NCBI GenBank assembly: GCA_965218695.1
Contig: OZ244651.1
Coordinates: forward strand, 2,176,001-2,240,000
Length of the DNA stretch: 64,000 nucleotides
Source: Nitrosopumilus sp.
Lineage (GTDB): Archaea; Thermoproteota; Nitrososphaeria; Nitrososphaerales; Nitrosopumilaceae
Direction: 5' to 3'
Program-made: the position numbers and the translations under genes
The notes under the pieces: generated by a model
Database searches by the model: none
What the model saw: the letters and a program-made list of their open reading frames with translations, nothing else
Told to the model about the DNA's origin: nothing
Part shown: positions 41,531 to 50,776 of the stretch, in pieces
How positions within the stretch are numbered: the first letter of the stretch is position 1
How the letters are laid out: each line of letters begins with the position of its first letter

Positions 41531-43222
41531 ATGAAATATCCTGACTTGCTGCCTGCGGACCTTGCACGCGTGGGAACCGCAGAATCAAGAAAACTCAACC
41601 TCATAGTGGGCCAGCTGGTAACTGATGCCGTAAAGACGTCCCTAGGGCCCCGTGGGATGGAGAAGATCTTCACTGACATAATCGGCGAGGACACCATAAC
41701 CAAGCACGGAGGCGCGTTTCTGCGAAAAGTCGACGTCGAGCATCCTGTGGCCAAGGCGATCGTGGAAGGCGTCAACACGGTGGATACGCACGTGGGGGAC
41801 GGAACAGTCTCTGCTGCAATCCTGATAGGCTCCCTGCTCAAAAAGGCCGACGGGATGCTCAGTATGGGGCTGCAGCCTGCCACAATCATCAGGGGGTATG
41901 AGCGGGGACTGGATCTTGCACTGGAGACGCTTGACGGGGTAAAGGTGGCCAGGGATGCCTCGGACAGACATGTCCTGGAGCAGCTTGCAGCCTCGTGCCT
42001 TGGCGGAAAGGCCATAACCAGCCTGGTCTCTGATGCACAGGGGCTCCGGCAGATGATAGTTGATGCATGCTGCCATGTGGCCGATCTTCAGAACGGCTCC
42101 ATTGATGTTGATGACATCAAGATAGAAGAAAAGCTTGGAAACGCAAACGACATACAGCTGATCCGGGGAACCGTGCTTGACAAGACCATTGACAATGCGG
42201 CAATGCCACGGTGCGTTACCGATGCCAGGATACTGCTCCTCAACGAGCCGCTTGAGACTATGCGTACCAAGACTGATGATGCCATAGAGATAGACTCCCC
42301 GGAGCAGATGTCGCGCTTTCTTGAACAGGAGGTCATCGACGTGCGCAATATGGTACAGAAGATTATTGATTGCGGAGCCGGCGTGGTCGTGTCCCGAAAG
42401 GGGATAAATGACATTGCACAAGAGTGCCTTGCACAGGCCGGAATAATCTCGATAAGAAGGGCCAAGTATAATGATCTCTGGTGGCTTGAAAAGGCCACGG
42501 GAGCCTCTGTCTGCAAGAGTCTTGATACAGTGTCCTCCTCGGAATTGGGATATGCGCAGAAGGTGCATGAGAGGATGGTCGGCGACGAGAGGATGGTATT
42601 TGTAGAGGGCTGCAGGAATCCGCGCTCAGTGACCATCCTGCTGCGCTCAAACTCCAAGAGGTATCTTGACGAGTTCCACCGCAGCGCCCTCAATGCGCTG
42701 TTCGTACTGAGGGACTTTATCCAGACCCCGTACGTGGTGCCCGGATGCGGCTCCATCGAGGCGGTGCTGGCAGACAGAATCAAGGAGAGATCAGTCAGCA
42801 TAGGGGACAGGAGCCAGATTGCAGTTGCAATGTTTGCAGAAGCCCTGGAGGAGATCCCGTTGACCCTGGCAAGAAACGTCGGCATGGATCCGCTTGACAC
42901 ACTGACTGCCATCAGATCCCACTATGGGAATTCCCACGGCAGGTCCGGATGGTACGGCATAGACTCGGAGAGAAGGTCAGTCTCTGAGGTGTTTGGCACG
43001 GGGGTGATAGAGCCCCTTGTAGTCAAACAGCAGGTGCTAAAGACTGCAGCAGAGGTGTCTGTGATGATCCTCAACGTTGATGACATATTCATGAAAGACG
43101 AGATTGACAACACGCACTGCCACATAGACGGAACTGTCCACGCGCACCATGACGGCGGGAAGGCGCACAACCACTTTGAGCAGGAGGGGCTGGAGCAGAG
43201 GCAAATGCACCATTACTACTAG
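41531..43222 (+). CDS. Divergent group II chaperonin with His-rich C-terminal tail
   Basis: SLGPRGMEK, GDGTVS, IPLTLARNVGMDP, VIEPLVVK; tail NTHCHIDGTVHAHHDGGKAHNHFEQEGLEQRQMHHYY. Confidence 0.9.
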   Translation: MKYPDLLPADLARVGTAESRKLNLIVGQLVTDAVKTSLGPRGMEKIFTDIIGEDTITKHGGAFLRKVDVEHPVAKAIVEGVNTVDTHVGDGTVSAAILIGSLLKKADGMLSMGLQPATIIRGYERGLDLALETLDGVKVARDASDRHVLEQLAASCLGGKAITSLVSDAQGLRQMIVDACCHVADLQNGSIDVDDIKIEEKLGNANDIQLIRGTVLDKTIDNAAMPRCVTDARILLLNEPLETMRTKTDDAIEIDSPEQMSRFLEQEVIDVRNMVQKIIDCGAGVVVSRKGINDIAQECLAQAGIISIRRAKYNDLWWLEKATGASVCKSLDTVSSSELGYAQKVHERMVGDERMVFVEGCRNPRSVTILLRSNSKRYLDEFHRSALNALFVLRDFIQTPYVVPGCGSIEAVLADRIKERSVSIGDRSQIAVAMFAEALEEIPLTLARNVGMDPLDTLTAIRSHYGNSHGRSGWYGIDSERRSVSEVFGTGVIEPLVVKQQVLKTAAEVSVMILNVDDIFMKDEIDNTHCHIDGTVHAHHDGGKAHNHFEQEGLEQRQMHHYY

Positions 43223-43253
43223 TACCGTTACATGTACGCCACGTCACACCAGG

Positions 43254-43988
43254 CTAGAGGATGCTGCCTGTAGTGAGTATGCCGTAGATTATGTGCGCCC
43301 CTATTGCAAGGCTGAATGCACCTGCCAGATACCTGGCAATCCTCTGTACGGACCCTGCCCTTGAGGTAAGGGCAAGCGGCAGGCCGATCAGATTGCTTAT
43401 CAGGGTCATGCCGATTATGGAACCGAGTCCGAATATGAGAATGAAGCTGATCACCATTCCTGCGCTGTCCAGCGTGACTGCAGTCAGGACGACCAGGCTG
43501 CCGCTGCCTGCAAGTCCGTGGATCAGCCCTATGATGTACGACTTGTGGCCGTGTCTGTGATCCGTGTGACTGTGCTCATGAACATGGAATGTTCCGTCAT
43601 CGTGTCTGTGGGGGTGCCTGTGCCTGAGGCTGAAGAGCCTCCTCCTGTCCAGTATTGTGACTGTCCCCAGTACGATAAGCATAACCCCCACTGCCGCCTC
43701 AAGGCCGGTAAAGACGTTATCCTGAATCTGTATTGCAAGGACGTACACCAACAGTCCCATTATGATCAGAGTCGTCGTGTGTCCTGCGCCCCACAGTATC
43801 CCGATTACCGATGACCGGGCTATCCCTTTTCGGACGACATCCCTGATCCGCCCGCCCGCCTTGGTCCCGGATGCCCTGGTGGCCACTGCTGCAACATGAT
43901 CCGATTCGAATGCGTGCTCCAGTCCTATGGCAAGGCCCAGTCCCAGTGCAAGCAGGGGACTAAAATCAAGCAGGTTCTCCAGTGTCAT
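43254..43988 (-). CDS. UreH/NiCoT-type nickel/cobalt transporter
   Basis: EHAFESDH (cf. HAxDADH), WGAGHT, His-rich loop HRHPHRHDDGTFHVHEHSHTDHRHGH, HGLAGS; 6 TMs. Confidence 0.88.
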   Translation of the reverse strand: MTLENLLDFSPLLALGLGLAIGLEHAFESDHVAAVATRASGTKAGGRIRDVVRKGIARSSVIGILWGAGHTTTLIIMGLLVYVLAIQIQDNVFTGLEAAVGVMLIVLGTVTILDRRRLFSLRHRHPHRHDDGTFHVHEHSHTDHRHGHKSYIIGLIHGLAGSGSLVVLTAVTLDSAGMVISFILIFGLGSIIGMTLISNLIGLPLALTSRAGSVQRIARYLAGAFSLAIGAHIIYGILTTGSIL

Positions 43989-44088
43989 GGCACATCAGAA
44001 CCTGCATACCTTGTGCCAGTATTACCCATGCCGGCAATTCCCATGCCTGTGCACACCGGTACTGCCCTGACCCGAAAACCCGGACACA

Positions 44089-44460
44089 CTATGATCCCCT
44101 CAGGACATACCTGCTGATTCTTATCGGGGAGTCCAGATTCAGCACCGTCTCTGAATTACCGGATGTCATACGGAATACGAGCCTTCTCATGCTCTCCGGA
44201 ACCCCAATCATGACATTGTCAGGTGAGATGAGATCGCGTACCTGCTCCCTTGCGTCATCTGTACTCACTCCTGCTGCGATCTGCCTCATGACGTATGCTG
44301 CCATTGCCATTACTGCCTCGTTTATGTTGATGCGTATGCCTCCCTGAATCTTCCTGTCGATGGCCTTTGCCGACTCTAGCACCACATCCTGGCCATACCC
44401 TGAAAAGATGATCATTGGCTGCGTGTCCGGGTCGCCTTGAACCTCTGCGCTGAACCTCAT
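44089..44460 (-). CDS. Divergent urease gamma-subunit-like protein
   Basis: RKIQGGIRININEAV, VMIGVPESM and LDSPI align with UreA RRxxRGLKLNYPEA, VMEGVPEM and VHNPI. Confidence 0.75.
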   Translation of the reverse strand: MRFSAEVQGDPDTQPMIIFSGYGQDVVLESAKAIDRKIQGGIRININEAVMAMAAYVMRQIAAGVSTDDAREQVRDLISPDNVMIGVPESMRRLVFRMTSGNSETVLNLDSPIRISRYVLRGS

Positions 44461-45575
44461 TGCCTGTCCGGAATCTCTGCACGCGGGCCGTCACTGAAGT
44501 GGTATGTGTTGCCCGTTCCCCTGTAGCTGTTGGGCCTCACGGGACTTCCGTCCTCCAGCCCCCTCTTTGTCAGGGAGAGACCTGCAAGCAGCTCGACTAT
44601 GAGCCTCTGGCCAAGTCCGGATGTTATTCCCCCGTTGTACGAACTGTTGTCGCTGACATCATACGCAGGTGCGACTTCCACCAGATCCATGGCGAACCTG
44701 TCCGGATCAAAGGACTTTGAGAGGAGCCTTACCATCCTCATTCCTTCCCTGGATGTGAGGCCGTTGGGTTCGGGCTCGCCGGTACCAGGGGCATATGCCG
44801 GATCAAACGAGTCAATGTCCCAGCTAAGGTACACTGCATCGGTCCCGTCGTTGGCCCTGTCTGCAATCTCCTTTGCTATCATGTCGATTCCAAGCTCTTC
44901 TACATCCAGCATGGTAAACCACTGGAAGTCCTGGTCAGACATCCACTTGTACAGGTCCGGTCCCGGCCAGTATCCGCGTGGACCCACCAAGGTGTAGTTC
45001 TTTCCCTTCATGCAGCCCATCTCCATTATCCGCCGGATGTGCGCGCCATGATCGTACTTGTAGCCTGTGAGTCCCTGTGGCGCGCAGTCTGCGTGGGTAT
45101 CAAAATGAATCATGCCTATGTTTTTGTATTTTTTTGCAAACGCCCTGACATTGGCATATGTAATCGAGTGATCGCCTCCAAGCATTACCGGTATGCCCTC
45201 CTCGTCAAGCACCTCCTTGACCTTCTTTGTCATGCGCTTGTGCGACTCTATGACATCTCCGGGGGAGACATGGACGTCTCCGTAGTCTACCGTCCTGAAC
45301 GTTCCAAACGGATCCGCCCCTGTCTCAATGTTGAATCTCTCGTACGGGGGGGACGGAATCGTTGATGCGGCGCGGAGTGCCCTCGGGCCGTACCTTGCCC
45401 CCGGACGGATCGTGGTCCCAAAATCAAACGGTTCGCCAATCACGGCAACGTCAGGCTTTGCCTGCTTTAGCTCCTCGTGCGTTCTTATCCATGGCAGGTG
45501 CAAAAACGTATTGATGCCTACGAACGGCGCAACATCGGCACCCCTGTAATCATCACCATAAAACTCCATGCCCAT
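44457..45575 (-). CDS. Ureohydrolase (agmatinase/guanidinase superfamily)
   Basis: RPGARYGP, GGDHSIT, HFDTHAD, DIDSFDP, PGTG, DLVEVAP; probable start MGMEFY. Confidence 0.93.
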   Translation of the reverse strand: MGMEFYGDDYRGADVAPFVGINTFLHLPWIRTHEELKQAKPDVAVIGEPFDFGTTIRPGARYGPRALRAASTIPSPPYERFNIETGADPFGTFRTVDYGDVHVSPGDVIESHKRMTKKVKEVLDEEGIPVMLGGDHSITYANVRAFAKKYKNIGMIHFDTHADCAPQGLTGYKYDHGAHIRRIMEMGCMKGKNYTLVGPRGYWPGPDLYKWMSDQDFQWFTMLDVEELGIDMIAKEIADRANDGTDAVYLSWDIDSFDPAYAPGTGEPEPNGLTSREGMRMVRLLSKSFDPDRFAMDLVEVAPAYDVSDNSSYNGGITSGLGQRLIVELLAGLSLTKRGLEDGSPVRPNSYRGTGNTYHFSDGPRAEIPDRQ

Positions 45576-45679
45576 GACACCCAATCTGTAAATTTGATAA
45601 TTAAAGATTCTAGGTAAACTACGCATGTTATATCATTGCCGGTTCATGTGGCATGATGGGATAAATTTCGGAATATGTA

Positions 45680-46966
45680 ATGTACGATTTAACTATAAAA
45701 ATAATATTTGTCAAAATACCATTGATGATAGGTGCATCCAAGAGTTCGACTGACTACATGAACGAGGGTCTGACTGCAGTATACTATAACGAGTTCAAAA
45801 AGGCCGTATCAAAGTTTGACCGGGCAGTCTCAATTGATCCGGAAAACATCGTGGCGCAGCTTCACAGGGGCATCACGCTTGGCAAGATTGGTCGCCACAA
45901 GGATGCCGTGGCATGCTTTGATGCAGTCCTTGATGCTGATCCCAAGAATCTTGATGCGCTGTACAACCGCGGCCTGTGCTTGGAAAAGATGAAGCAATAC
46001 GAGGAGGCCGTAGACTGCCTTGCCGAATCCCTCAGAGTCGATCCCGGGTTCCTGGACTCCCTGACTGAGACCGGTGTGTGCCTTGGCAGGATGGGAAGAA
46101 ACAAGGAGGCCCTGGAGATGATTGAGCGTGCGCTGGACATCGATCCGAAATACTCTGCTGCGTTATACAACAAGAGCCTGATCCTGGGACGGTTGGGCAG
46201 AAAGGCTGAGGCAATGTCATTCCTGCAGGACGCAATCGAGGAGGATTCCAGACAGTCTGATGCAGTATATCAGGAGGGACAAAAGCTTGCCCAGGAAGGA
46301 AAGCACAAGGAGGCAATACGGCTGTACACCCACGCCCTGGAGATTGACGGCAAGAATACTGAGGCTCTGGTTGCAAAGGGATGGACCCTTGACTTTGCAG
46401 GATTCTCAAACAAGGACGTATTCGTATTCTATGACAAGGCACTGGAGATAGACCCGCATTGTACAGATGCCTGGCTGCACAAGGGACTGGTGCTGGACAG
46501 GACGGGCCTGTACAAAAAGGCAGTAAAGTGCTTTGATCGCATCCTGGAGTATGATTCGCAAAATGTCAGGGCGCTTTACAGCAAGGGCATATCGCTCTTC
46601 TCGCTCAAACGCTTTGGGGCCGCGCGGTTCTACTGCGAGTGCGCCCTGGAGGCCGACCCCAAGAACATCCAAGCCCTATGCAGCATGGTGTGGCTTTTGG
46701 AGCATGCAAAAAAATACAACGAGGCGCTGGCCTACTGCGAGCAGGCGCTGAAGATCAATCCAAACTATGTCTACGCCGTAAGCTACAAGGGAAAGCTGCT
46801 CATGCGGCTCAAGCGGTATGCCGAGTCCCTGGAGTGGTACGACAAGACGCTGGCCCTTGCGCCTGACAACCAGACTGCAATATACCACAGGAACATGGTT
46901 ATTGATGCAATCGAAAAGGCCAAGAAGGATGATTCTGCATCCAGAAGGTTCTTCCCAAGATTATAA
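45680..46966 (+). CDS. Tetratricopeptide repeat protein
   Basis: About 11 34-aa repeats (A..IDP..ALYNKG); true start may be slightly downstream. Confidence 0.92.
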   Translation: MYDLTIKIIFVKIPLMIGASKSSTDYMNEGLTAVYYNEFKKAVSKFDRAVSIDPENIVAQLHRGITLGKIGRHKDAVACFDAVLDADPKNLDALYNRGLCLEKMKQYEEAVDCLAESLRVDPGFLDSLTETGVCLGRMGRNKEALEMIERALDIDPKYSAALYNKSLILGRLGRKAEAMSFLQDAIEEDSRQSDAVYQEGQKLAQEGKHKEAIRLYTHALEIDGKNTEALVAKGWTLDFAGFSNKDVFVFYDKALEIDPHCTDAWLHKGLVLDRTGLYKKAVKCFDRILEYDSQNVRALYSKGISLFSLKRFGAARFYCECALEADPKNIQALCSMVWLLEHAKKYNEALAYCEQALKINPNYVYAVSYKGKLLMRLKRYAESLEWYDKTLALAPDNQTAIYHRNMVIDAIEKAKKDDSASRRFFPRL

Positions 46967-47609
46967 ACTTCTGCACGGTGCGGATACGCGTCAAGTCCGG
47001 ATGACGCAAATGAAATTTTAAATTATAATCCTTGCCGTTGACTTTGAAATTGGATGTCTGATGCTGCCGCGTCAACCATTCATGCAAACAATAGTCAGGC
47101 TACCCGCACGACAGCAATGCAGAAGCTGATTTATTTTCATATCGGCATGATCAAAAATTTGGACTTAATTATACCAACCATTTCTATGGCATTTTATGTC
47201 TTGGATGGCTCATCCACAAGGGCTCAATATTCCACAGACTGCATAAGGGAAGCTGCTAGGTGTTTTGGCTGGAAGGTCTTTCTGGTGGCACAACAAGGAT
47301 TTACACTGCTTGATCCTCAAGCTTGCCACCTTCCAACACGCATCCGGGATTTACAACCACAAGAATCCCTTTGCTTTTATTGACATTTCTGCATTGGAAA
47401 CCAAAACAGCCGACACTGAAATTTTTCAAGGCTTTAATTCATCAAGCCTTCCAATTCCTGATACTGTCACATGGCCCAAAACGATTACCACGTACATCCA
47501 AACCCGGAATATTCCTGCCGGTTGCACGCGCCGTGTGCGGCAATCCGTCATGCCAGACCGGAGATCCGTCTCCGCTAATCTTTTAAACTGTATTCTGACC
47601 AGTTGAATC

Positions 47610-48077
47610 ATGATCTCCAAGAGAACCGTCATTGGAATGATAGCCGGGTGCATAATAATTGGAATCGGAGCAGCCTCCCTTGCAGTGCACATAGGACCCA
47701 TCACAGTCAACGAGTCCTACGGACTAGTAGTGGGAGATTCGACGCTCTACACGATTCCGGCACCGGCAGGCACTGTACAGACCATGCAGATTACCGGCGA
47801 GTCCTTTGATCTCAAACTGGAGATTCCAGGAGACGACCGGCCTGTATCCCGCACCTCCTACAAGGACGGGGTGGATTTGAACTGGACCCACATATCTGAA
47901 GGCCCAAGCATACTCCAGATTCAGAACACGGGGGGGACGGATCTTGAGATTAGAGGCGTATTGGTTAGAAGCTCGGATCCAATCTGGTTCACATACGATC
48001 TCATGGTGATGATATCAGGCGTGGTCATAATCGGGTTCAGCATGGGCTTTACCATGCGAAAGCCCAAGGGATTCTAG
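47610..48077 (+). CDS. Hypothetical membrane protein (N- and C-terminal TM)
   Basis: Hydrophobic termini flanking a beta-rich domain. Confidence 0.75.
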   Translation: MISKRTVIGMIAGCIIIGIGAASLAVHIGPITVNESYGLVVGDSTLYTIPAPAGTVQTMQITGESFDLKLEIPGDDRPVSRTSYKDGVDLNWTHISEGPSILQIQNTGGTDLEIRGVLVRSSDPIWFTYDLMVMISGVVIIGFSMGFTMRKPKGF

Positions 48078-48889
48078 CCTGTATGTGCAGACGGATACGA
48101 ACCCAGCACCTTCATGAACAGCGTCTGCGACCTTATCTTCTCAAGCATGCCGGCCACGCGCGGATCTGATGCGTGCCCGTCAAAGTCAACGTAAAAGTTG
48201 TACTCCCAGGTACTTGTCTGGGTGGGCCTTGACTCTATCTTTGTCAGGTTAATGTTGTTGTCGTGGAATTTTTCAATTATTCGAAACAGTGAACCAGGCT
48301 CGTGTTTTATGGAAAATATCAGCGAGGTCTTGTCCTTCCCGGTGGCCTGCCGTCTCCCCTTTGAGAGTATCAGAAACCTTGTATAGTTATTGGGATTGTC
48401 TGCGATGCCGACTGCCACCACCGGCACACCGTGTATCTCCGATGCCCTCCTGCTGGCAATGCATGCACAATCACTCCTGCCCATCTTCTTGATTATTTTT
48501 ACGCTTCCTGCTGTATCATGTGTTGAAATTGGCTTGATGTGGTTCCTCTCAATGAACCCCTTGCACTGTCCGAGGGCCTGCGGATGGGAGTATACGGTGT
48601 CTATCTCTTCAAGGCTGCCGGTGCCGATCAGGCAGTGCTCTATCCTGTGGTAGATCTCCCCGGTTGCATTCAGCGGAGTGGAGTACAGCAGATCGTAACT
48701 TCTGCCGACGCTTCCCTCTATGGAGTTCTCTATGGGAAGAACCGTATATTCTGTTCTTCCCTCTGCCGTGCTCGTGAGGGCCTCGTCAAACGTTTCACAC
48801 GGCACTGCCGTTGTCTCCGGGCCAAGAAACTGCACGGCTGCATCCTCGCTGTACGCGCCACGCTCTCCCGGGAATGATACCTCCGTCAT
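48074..48889 (-). CDS. pheA: Prephenate dehydratase
   Basis: GERGAYSE, PIENSIEGSV, SHPQALGQC, NYTRF, NLTKIESRP ACT domain. Confidence 0.95.
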   Translation of the reverse strand: MTEVSFPGERGAYSEDAAVQFLGPETTAVPCETFDEALTSTAEGRTEYTVLPIENSIEGSVGRSYDLLYSTPLNATGEIYHRIEHCLIGTGSLEEIDTVYSHPQALGQCKGFIERNHIKPISTHDTAGSVKIIKKMGRSDCACIASRRASEIHGVPVVAVGIADNPNNYTRFLILSKGRRQATGKDKTSLIFSIKHEPGSLFRIIEKFHDNNINLTKIESRPTQTSTWEYNFYVDFDGHASDPRVAGMLEKIRSQTLFMKVLGSYPSAHTG

Positions 48890-49443
48890 CTGTTTTCTCT
48901 TAGGTTTACAAACTCGCCGTTGCCAAAGTTTGAGGAGAGCTTTCTCTCGTCGATCCACGAGCACTCCCTGCACTTTATGGCGTCCCGCATGGGCATCACC
49001 TCGCGCCCGCACTTTCTGCACTTGGTAAACAACACTCCAAGATGGGACTCGTCGATCGTGGCGTGGATGGTGCCGTTGAGATGGCTGAGAATTCTCAGCG
49101 TTACTATGTCGCCTGCCAGCGCTATGTTCCTCCTTCTGATGTTTCTAGTTGAGCATACGCATTCCACCTTGGACGTGGTGGGTTTGCCGTTGATATAGTC
49201 TATGGAGATTGCAATCATTGATGACATTACTGCAGCCACAGTCCCCACGATGACATCGCCCGGATTGGGCACGGAGAGGAGTTTTGGGTGGCTTATGCTG
49301 GCAACGCGCGCTGCCTTGTCAATGTGTGTTCGGCCCACTGTTGCTGCCCGGACCATGCTTCCGTCATCAAACGTGTTCCTGCCTGCCTCGTACTCTTCGA
49401 TGGATGATATGGCATCCCCTGGAAATATTACATTTTCAGACAT
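48886..49443 (-). CDS. csl4: Exosome RNA-binding subunit Csl4
   Basis: FPGD..SSIEEY, S1 domain, LGVLFTKCRKC...CREC...RKLS Zn ribbon. Confidence 0.93.
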   Translation of the reverse strand: MSENVIFPGDAISSIEEYEAGRNTFDDGSMVRAATVGRTHIDKAARVASISHPKLLSVPNPGDVIVGTVAAVMSSMIAISIDYINGKPTTSKVECVCSTRNIRRRNIALAGDIVTLRILSHLNGTIHATIDESHLGVLFTKCRKCGREVMPMRDAIKCRECSWIDERKLSSNFGNGEFVNLRENR

Positions 49444-49523
49444 GCATGGGGTCTGTCTGCTGTGATTATAATTGTTTGTGGAATCGTCAGCTAAGCGAAA
49501 AGTGCCTCATCTGAGATCAGGTA

Positions 49524-50776
49524 TACCAAAAGTGAAAAGTTGATGCGATTGTCACATATTTTACCGCATCTAGAGTTATACCAATTTCACGTCCCACAGT
49601 CAATGAAGATCAAGACGATGTTGAAAAGATACACCGCTGAGACAGACTGCGATACCAAGGACCGCATGATGCTGATCATCAGAGTCAAACGTGATGGAAT
49701 AACCATGAGGGATTCTGCAAAATCCCTGGGAAAGTCAGCCTCGTGGGGCTACAAGTGGCATGAGCGCTACCTGGAAGTCGGATTTGACAGGCTGGGAAAC
49801 ATGCCGCGCTCCGGCAGGCCGACCAAGGCGAGCAAGGCAGACATGAAGAAGATCAGAAAGGCCGCATGCAGTAAACCGGTCTGGACGGGCAGGGAGATGC
49901 AGCAATACATCCAACAGAAGACCGGAGTAAAGTACGAACTCGGATATGTGCGCCAGATACTGCGCGGGTGGGGCTATTCCCAAAAGGTTCCCGTAGGAAA
50001 ACATGCAAGAAGGGCACCTGACGAGGAGATCAGGAAATTCCAAAAAGAGATGCCAGAGATTATAAAAAAAGAACAGTGAAGGAACAGTCGTAGCGATACA
50101 GGACGAGTCCATAGTAATCTCCGATGCGCGGCCGCGAAGACGCGGCTACACCAGGAAGGGAATACGGGCGTTTTTCACGTACACCGGCTCACACTCCAAG
50201 ACGATAATCCATGGACTAATCACCACGGACGGCAGGGGCATGTTCCGGCAGTACGATGCGTTTACCAAGGACACCTTTGAGGACTTTCTAAGGCAGGCGA
50301 TGTACAGGTTCAAGAAGATCTGCCTGATCATGGACAAGGCCTCCCAGCACAGGGCATCAAACATACGCAAACTGCTTGATGGCACAGACGGCCTGGAGAT
50401 AATCTTCCTGCCAACTGCAACCCCGGACCTGAGCGCCATAGAGACGTACTGGAGGGATCTCAAACGGGCAGTGCTTGACGTGCCGTACACCAGCCTGAGC
50501 ATGCTCCGCGAGGCGATCACCCGGTACACGAGGTACAAAAAACCGAATCTGGTAGTCGAGAATTTTCTGTACAGGGCCATCTAGAACGACATCAAACCGC
50601 ACCGGATCCACGCCGCCTAGCGTGTGCCATGCACGGCGCACCAGAGCATGCAATGTCTAATGTTCGGGGCGTCTTTTCTCGTCATTTGGGAATTCAACGC
50701 ACCTCGTAATTTCCAGAGACGGCTGTTGCATCAAAAATTTATGAGCGATTTTGATATGAATTTTTCATTGCTGGTA
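49524..50776 (+). mobile_element. IS630-family element nested in the 3' end of the ISH3 transposase gene
   Basis: Imperfect TIR TACCAAAAGTGAAAAGTT/AATTTTTCATTGCTGGTA; TA duplication. Removal restores ISH3 Tnp end SKPPIPDLR*. Confidence 0.85.
49603..50584 (+). pseudogene. IS630 transposase split at an A7 run
   Basis: HTH ORF (RSGRP) stops at 50079; AIQDES, MDKASQH and DLSAIETYW lie in the +1 frame after the A run at 50064-50070. Confidence 0.8.

Noticed and set aside
43254-44460. Urease operon
   Set aside because: Only a divergent gamma-like gene and a Ni transporter are present; no ureB, ureC or ureEFGD in the window.
45576-45720. Guanidine riboswitch upstream of the ureohydrolase
   Set aside because: Short AT-rich promoter region; no ykkC or twin ACGR-hairpin pattern seen; the gene appears leaderless.
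47054-47606. Overlapping ORFs between the TPR and membrane genes
   Set aside because: No recognisable motifs in any frame. It may be a decayed gene, but I cannot support a call.
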